Shown piece after piece: positions 15,858 through 20,000 of a stretch of DNA of 20,000 bases (position 1 is its first letter; each line of letters starts with the position of its first letter). The DNA is from Myxococcota bacterium (GTDB lineage: Bacteria; Myxococcota; Myxococcia; Myxococcales; Myxococcaceae): contig JBMORE010000146.1 in NCBI GenBank assembly GCA_049322255.1, positions 54,770-74,769 on the forward strand, given 5' to 3'. The position numbers and the translations under genes were made by a program. The notes under the pieces are model-generated. The model did no database searches and had not been told where the DNA came from. It saw nothing but the letters and a program-made list of their open reading frames with translations.

Positions 15858-17480
15858 ATGAAACGCGCGGCGCAAGGAGACCTGTTCACCGCCGTCGAGG
15901 GACCTTCGCCGAAGGCGGCTTCGCCCACGCCGGCATGGCGTGCTCCCGCGTCCTCGGCACCCGAGCCCCAGCCCAAGCCCACCGTCCTCACCGTCGGTGA
16001 GCTCACCCGGCAGCTCAAGAGCACCCTCGAGCGGGGTTTTGCGCGGGTGATGGTGCGCGGCGAGGTGTCGGGCTACCGCGGCCCCAACGTGCGCGGGCAC
16101 CTGTACTTCAGCCTCAAAGACGCCGATGCCTGCCTCGACGCCCGCATCTGGCGCAGCGCGGCCGAGCGGCTCAAGTTCAAGCTGAAAGACGGCATGGCCG
16201 TGGTCGTCGAGGGGAGCATCGACCTCTACGAACCGGCCGGGCGCTACAGCCTCATCGTCACCCGCATCGAGCCTGCGGGGGTGGGGGCGCTGGCGCTGGC
16301 CTTCGAGCAGCTCAAGGAGCGCCTGGCCGCCGAGGGCCTCTTCGGGCCCAAGCGCGTACGTCCGGTGCGGCCGATTCCCTTTCTCCCTCGCCGCATCGGG
16401 GTGGTGACCAGCATCACCGGCGCGGCGCTGCGCGATTTTTTGCGCGTCTTGCACGCGCGCCACCCCCACCTGCCGGTGCTGGTCTGCGACGCCCGGGTGC
16501 AGGGCAGCGGCGCCGACCGCGAGGTGGCGAGGGCCATCGAGTGGCTGGCGGCGACCGACGTCGACGTCATCGTGGTCACCCGCGGGGGTGGTTCGATCGA
16601 AGACTTGTGGACCTTCAACGAAGAGGCGGTGGCCCGCGCCATTCACTCCTGCCCGGTGCCGGTGGTGACGGCGATTGGCCACGAGGTGGATACCACCATC
16701 GCCGACTTCGTGGCCGACTTCCGCGCCCCCACCCCGAGCGCCGCCGCCGAGAAGCTGGCGCCAGTGCTCGAAGAGCTCTTGTTGTCCTTGGCCACCTCCA
16801 AGCTGCGCCTGCGCAAGGGAGCCGAGCGCGCGGTGCTCGAGCGCAGGCAGAAAGTGTCGGTGCTCCTGGCTCGCCTGCCCGATCCGCGGCGCGAGCTGTC
16901 CCGCCACCGGCTGCACCTGTCCGAGCAGGCCGAAGATGCTGGCCGCGCCCTGCGGCGAAGGCTTGTCGAGTTGGCTGCCCACCACCGCGCGCTGGCCGAC
17001 CGGCTGCAGCGCGCAAGGCCCGAGGCCAGGCTCGCCCGGGCCCGCGAGGCCCACTTTCACCACCGCGAGCAGCTGGTGCGATGCGCGCGAGAGCTCATCG
17101 AGCGCGAACGGCGCCGCCTGCACGAGGCACGGGTGACCTTGATGGCGACATCGCCACGGGCTTTGCTGAGCGATGAGCGTCGGCGGGTCGAGTCGCGCCG
17201 TCAAAAGCTGGAGGCGCTCGGGCACCGTCTGCTCGCAGAAGCCCGCCACACGCTTTCGCAGCGCGCCGGAAAGCTGCACGCCTTGAGCCCGTTGGCGGTG
17301 ATGGCCCGCGGCTACGCCCTTGCTTTTGGCGAGGACGGCCACGTGGTGCGCCAGGTGGGGGACGTTCAGGTGGGTGAGCGCATCACGGTGAGGCTCGCCA
17401 GCGAGCCGATTGCGACGATGGACGAGGCCGACGTCCTGGAGGCCACCGTTTCGGCCAAGCGCAAGGGGCGTTTAGTTTGA
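15858..17480 (+). CDS. xseA: Exodeoxyribonuclease VII large subunit
   Basis: VRGEVSG..GHLYFSLKD (OB fold), RIGVVTSITGAALRD, VQG, RGGGSIEDLWTFNEE, AIGHEVD, RAPTPSAAAE, LSPLAVMARGY. Confidence 0.97.
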   Translation: MKRAAQGDLFTAVEGPSPKAASPTPAWRAPASSAPEPQPKPTVLTVGELTRQLKSTLERGFARVMVRGEVSGYRGPNVRGHLYFSLKDADACLDARIWRSAAERLKFKLKDGMAVVVEGSIDLYEPAGRYSLIVTRIEPAGVGALALAFEQLKERLAAEGLFGPKRVRPVRPIPFLPRRIGVVTSITGAALRDFLRVLHARHPHLPVLVCDARVQGSGADREVARAIEWLAATDVDVIVVTRGGGSIEDLWTFNEEAVARAIHSCPVPVVTAIGHEVDTTIADFVADFRAPTPSAAAEKLAPVLEELLLSLATSKLRLRKGAERAVLERRQKVSVLLARLPDPRRELSRHRLHLSEQAEDAGRALRRRLVELAAHHRALADRLQRARPEARLARAREAHFHHREQLVRCARELIERERRRLHEARVTLMATSPRALLSDERRRVESRRQKLEALGHRLLAEARHTLSQRAGKLHALSPLAVMARGYALAFGEDGHVVRQVGDVQVGERITVRLASEPIATMDEADVLEATVSAKRKGRLV

Positions 17481-17520
17481 CCTTCCCTTGAGGACGAGGG
17501 GGCTTCTAGATTGCGTCTTG

Positions 17521-17787
17521 ATGGCGAAGGACCCCAAGGCGGCCAACGGACAGAAGTACAGCGACCTCGTCCAGCGGCTGGAGAAAGTCGTCGGCGAGCT
17601 GGAGGGCGGCAAGCTCTCGCTCGAGGAGTCCTTGGAGAAGTTCGCCGAGGGGGTGCAGCTGGTGGAGAAGGGCGAGGAGCTGTTGCGCGCCGCCGAAAAG
17701 CGCATCGACCAGTTGCTCTCCAAAGAGGGACAGACCGCGCCGCTCGAGTCTGCCAAGCCCGAGCCTAAGGACGACGTTCCGTTCTAG
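17521..17787 (+). CDS. xseB: Exodeoxyribonuclease VII small subunit
   Basis: RLEKVVGELEGGKLSLEESLEKFAEGVQL....EELLRAAEKRI; ATG at 17521; follows xseA. Confidence 0.95.
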   Translation: MAKDPKAANGQKYSDLVQRLEKVVGELEGGKLSLEESLEKFAEGVQLVEKGEELLRAAEKRIDQLLSKEGQTAPLESAKPEPKDDVPF

Positions 17788-17793
17788 GGAAAG

Positions 17794-18174
<381 letters not shown>

Positions 18175-18177
18175 CCG

Positions 18178-19068
18178 GTGGCCTCCTTCGACCTCGAGGC
18201 CTACCTTCGCCACCAGAGCGCCCGCCTCGAGGAGGCGTTGGCCGCCCGCCTGGCGTACAAGAACGCGCCGCCCCGGCTCCTGGAGGCGATGCGCTATTCG
18301 CTCCTCGACGGCGGAAAGCGGCTTCGGCCGGTGTTGTGTCTGACGTACGCCGACGCGGTGGCGGGGACGAGCAACGGCGGTGGAGCCCTCGCCCTCGACG
18401 CGGCCTGCGCGCTGGAGATGATTCATACCTATTCCCTCATCCACGACGATCTGCCTTCGATGGATGACGCTGCCTCCCGCCGAGGCCGGCCGAGCAGCCA
18501 CCGGGCGTTCGGAGAGGCGCTGGCGATTTTGGCGGGCGACGCCTTGCTCACGGAGGCGTTCGCGCTGTTGGCGCAAGGCCCCTCGGCCGAGGCCGGCAGG
18601 CGCCTGGCGCTGGTGGGGGAGCTGGGGGGGGCGGCGGGCGCGCAAGGCATGGTGGGAGGCCAAGTGCTGGACATCGCCGAAGACCGCCCCGCGGACGAGG
18701 GTGAGCTCTTGCGCCTGCATCGACTGAAGACGGGCGCGCTCATCCGCGCCTCTTGCCGCATGGGGGCGCTGGCCGCCGGTGCCAGCCCCGAGGAGCTAGC
18801 GCGAGCGACCGTCTACGGAGAGGCCGTCGGGCTGGCGTTTCAAATCGCCGATGACGTGCTCGATGTCACCTCGACGAATGAGGTGTTGGGCAAGCCCTCG
18901 GGAGCGGACCGGGCCAAGCACACCTTTCCCTCGGTGCTCGGGCTGGAGAAGAGCCGCGCGCTCGCCGCCGCCCAGGTAGAGAAGGCGCTGGCAGCGATTG
19001 TTCCGCTCGAGCCGGTGGAAGGGCCGCTGGCCGCGCTCGCCCGCTTCGCGGTGCAAAGGTCGCGATGA
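18178..19068 (+). CDS. ispA: Polyprenyl synthetase (geranyltranstransferase / FPP synthase)
   Basis: GGKRLRP, EMIHTYSLIHDDLPSMD (FARM), RRG, AILAGDALL, GMVGGQ, KTGAL, GLAFQIADDVLD (SARM). Confidence 0.95.
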   Translation: MASFDLEAYLRHQSARLEEALAARLAYKNAPPRLLEAMRYSLLDGGKRLRPVLCLTYADAVAGTSNGGGALALDAACALEMIHTYSLIHDDLPSMDDAASRRGRPSSHRAFGEALAILAGDALLTEAFALLAQGPSAEAGRRLALVGELGGAAGAQGMVGGQVLDIAEDRPADEGELLRLHRLKTGALIRASCRMGALAAGASPEELARATVYGEAVGLAFQIADDVLDVTSTNEVLGKPSGADRAKHTFPSVLGLEKSRALAAAQVEKALAAIVPLEPVEGPLAALARFAVQRSR

Positions 19069-19829
19069 GGGCGAAGAAAGAGCGCATCGACGTGCTCCTG
19101 GTGGAGCGCGGGCTCGCCGAGTCGCGCGCCAAGGCGCAGGCGTTGATCCTCGCCGGCCAGGTGGTGGTCGCCGATCAGCGGGTGGACAAGCCCGGCGCCC
19201 AGGTGAGCGTCGATGCCGACCTGCGCCTCAAGGGAGAGGTGCTGCCCTTCGTCTCGCGCGGGGGCTTGAAGCTGCAGGCCGCGCTCGACCACTTCGGTCT
19301 CGACGTGCGGGGAAAGGTGTGCGCCGACATCGGGGCGAGCACCGGCGGCTTCACCGACTGCTTGCTCCAGCGCGGGGCAGCGCGGGTGTACGCCCTCGAC
19401 GTCGGCTACGGCCAGCTCCACGAGAAGCTGCGCCAAGACGCGCGAGTCATCTCCAAGGAGCGGGTCAACGCGCGCCACCTCACCGAGGCCGACCTCCCTG
19501 AGCGGGTCGAGTGCGTCACCATCGACGTGAGCTTCATTTCCTTGAAGTTGGTCTTGCCGGCGGTGCTCCAGCGCTTAGGGCCGGGGGGCGTGTTGGTTGC
19601 GCTGGTGAAGCCTCAATTCGAGGTGGGCCCCCAGAAGGTGGAGAAGGGGGGAGTGGTGCGCGACATGACGGCGCGGCGGGAAGCGATCGATGGAATCGTC
19701 TCCTTCGTCGGAGGGCTCGGCCTTCGGGTAAGCGGCGTCATCGACTCGCCCATTTCCGGGCCGGCCGGCAACCGCGAGGCGCTGCTCGTGGCGGATGTCC
19801 CCTCTCCCTCGGGGAGAGGGCAAGGGTGA
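19065..19829 (+). CDS. tlyA: TlyA family rRNA 2'-O-methyltransferase
   Basis: S4 domain RIDVLLVERGL..SRAKAQ, VSRGGLKL, DIGASTGGFTD, DVGYGQL, DVSFISL, LVKPQFE, SPISGPAGNRE. The C-terminal PSPSGRGQG* is repeat-derived. Confidence 0.97.
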   Translation: MRAKKERIDVLLVERGLAESRAKAQALILAGQVVVADQRVDKPGAQVSVDADLRLKGEVLPFVSRGGLKLQAALDHFGLDVRGKVCADIGASTGGFTDCLLQRGAARVYALDVGYGQLHEKLRQDARVISKERVNARHLTEADLPERVECVTIDVSFISLKLVLPAVLQRLGPGGVLVALVKPQFEVGPQKVEKGGVVRDMTARREAIDGIVSFVGGLGLRVSGVIDSPISGPAGNREALLVADVPSPSGRGQG

Positions 19830-19872
19830 GGGAATCTCGCCCCTCACGCCAACCCTCTCCCAGGGGGTGAGG
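19799..19872. repeat. Inverted doublet of the BoxC/REP-like repeat (copies 3 and 4); possible terminator or processing structure between convergent genes
   Basis: CCCCTCTCCC-TCG-GGGAGAGGG-CAAGGGTGAGGG (19799-19832), 7-nt spacer AATCTCG, CCCCTCACGC-CAA-CCCTCTCCC-AGG-GGGTGAGG (19840-19872). Confidence 0.85.
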
Positions 19873-19875
19873 AGG

Positions 19876-20000
19876 CTACTCTTTGCTCGGTCCGCGCACG
19901 GTGCGGTACTCGCTCAGCGGCAGCGGCTTGACCAGTGAAAGCCCGATGCGTAGCCACGCGCCGCCGGCGTCGTCGATCGCCACGGTCAGCGCGGTGGTGG
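19876..20000 (-). CDS. 3' end of an unidentified protein-coding gene (runs off the right edge)
   Basis: Open minus-strand frame ...TTALTVAIDDAGGAWLRIGLSLVKPLPLSEYRTVRGPSKE* with mostly G/C third positions; TAG at 19876-19878, just beyond the repeat doublet. Confidence 0.55.
   Translation of the reverse strand, partial: TTALTVAIDDAGGAWLRIGLSLVKPLPLSEYRTVRGPSKE

Noticed and set aside
17477..17512. TTGACC...TAGATT as an xseB promoter
   Set aside because: The spacing is 24 bp, which does not fit sigma70.
19065..19829. TlyA as a haemolysin or killing effector of the Tad system
   Set aside because: All rRNA methyltransferase motifs are intact and the gene sits in its usual position after ispA; nothing in the sequence indicates an effector role.

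Overview
GC-rich bacterial window; gene content and order point to a myxobacterium (inference). It is almost fully coding on the + strand and is flanked by two partial minus-strand genes. Order: partial MotA/TolQ/ExbB gene (-); DUF4292/LolB-like lipoprotein; a complete Opp/Dpp-type peptide ABC transporter split by a stand-alone MshEN (c-di-GMP receptor-like) gene; DUF2085-like membrane protein; ECF sigma factor and zinc-binding anti-sigma; a Tad/Flp sub-cluster (Flp-type prepilin, membrane protein, cpaB, tadB, tadC, FHA-TM-TPR protein) resembling the second cluster of the Myxococcus xanthus Kil contact-killing system; then xseA, xseB, an orphan receiver, ispA and tlyA, with no dxs. The main signal not explained by genes is four copies of a ~33-bp BoxC/REP-like repeat, CCCTCACCC-N2-3-CCCTCTCCC-N3-GGGAGAGGG. 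In three copies a 9-bp hairpin overlaps a canonical four-run G-quadruplex motif, two copies supply the stop codons of host genes, and two form an inverted doublet between convergent genes. No CRISPR array, RNA gene or transposase was seen.
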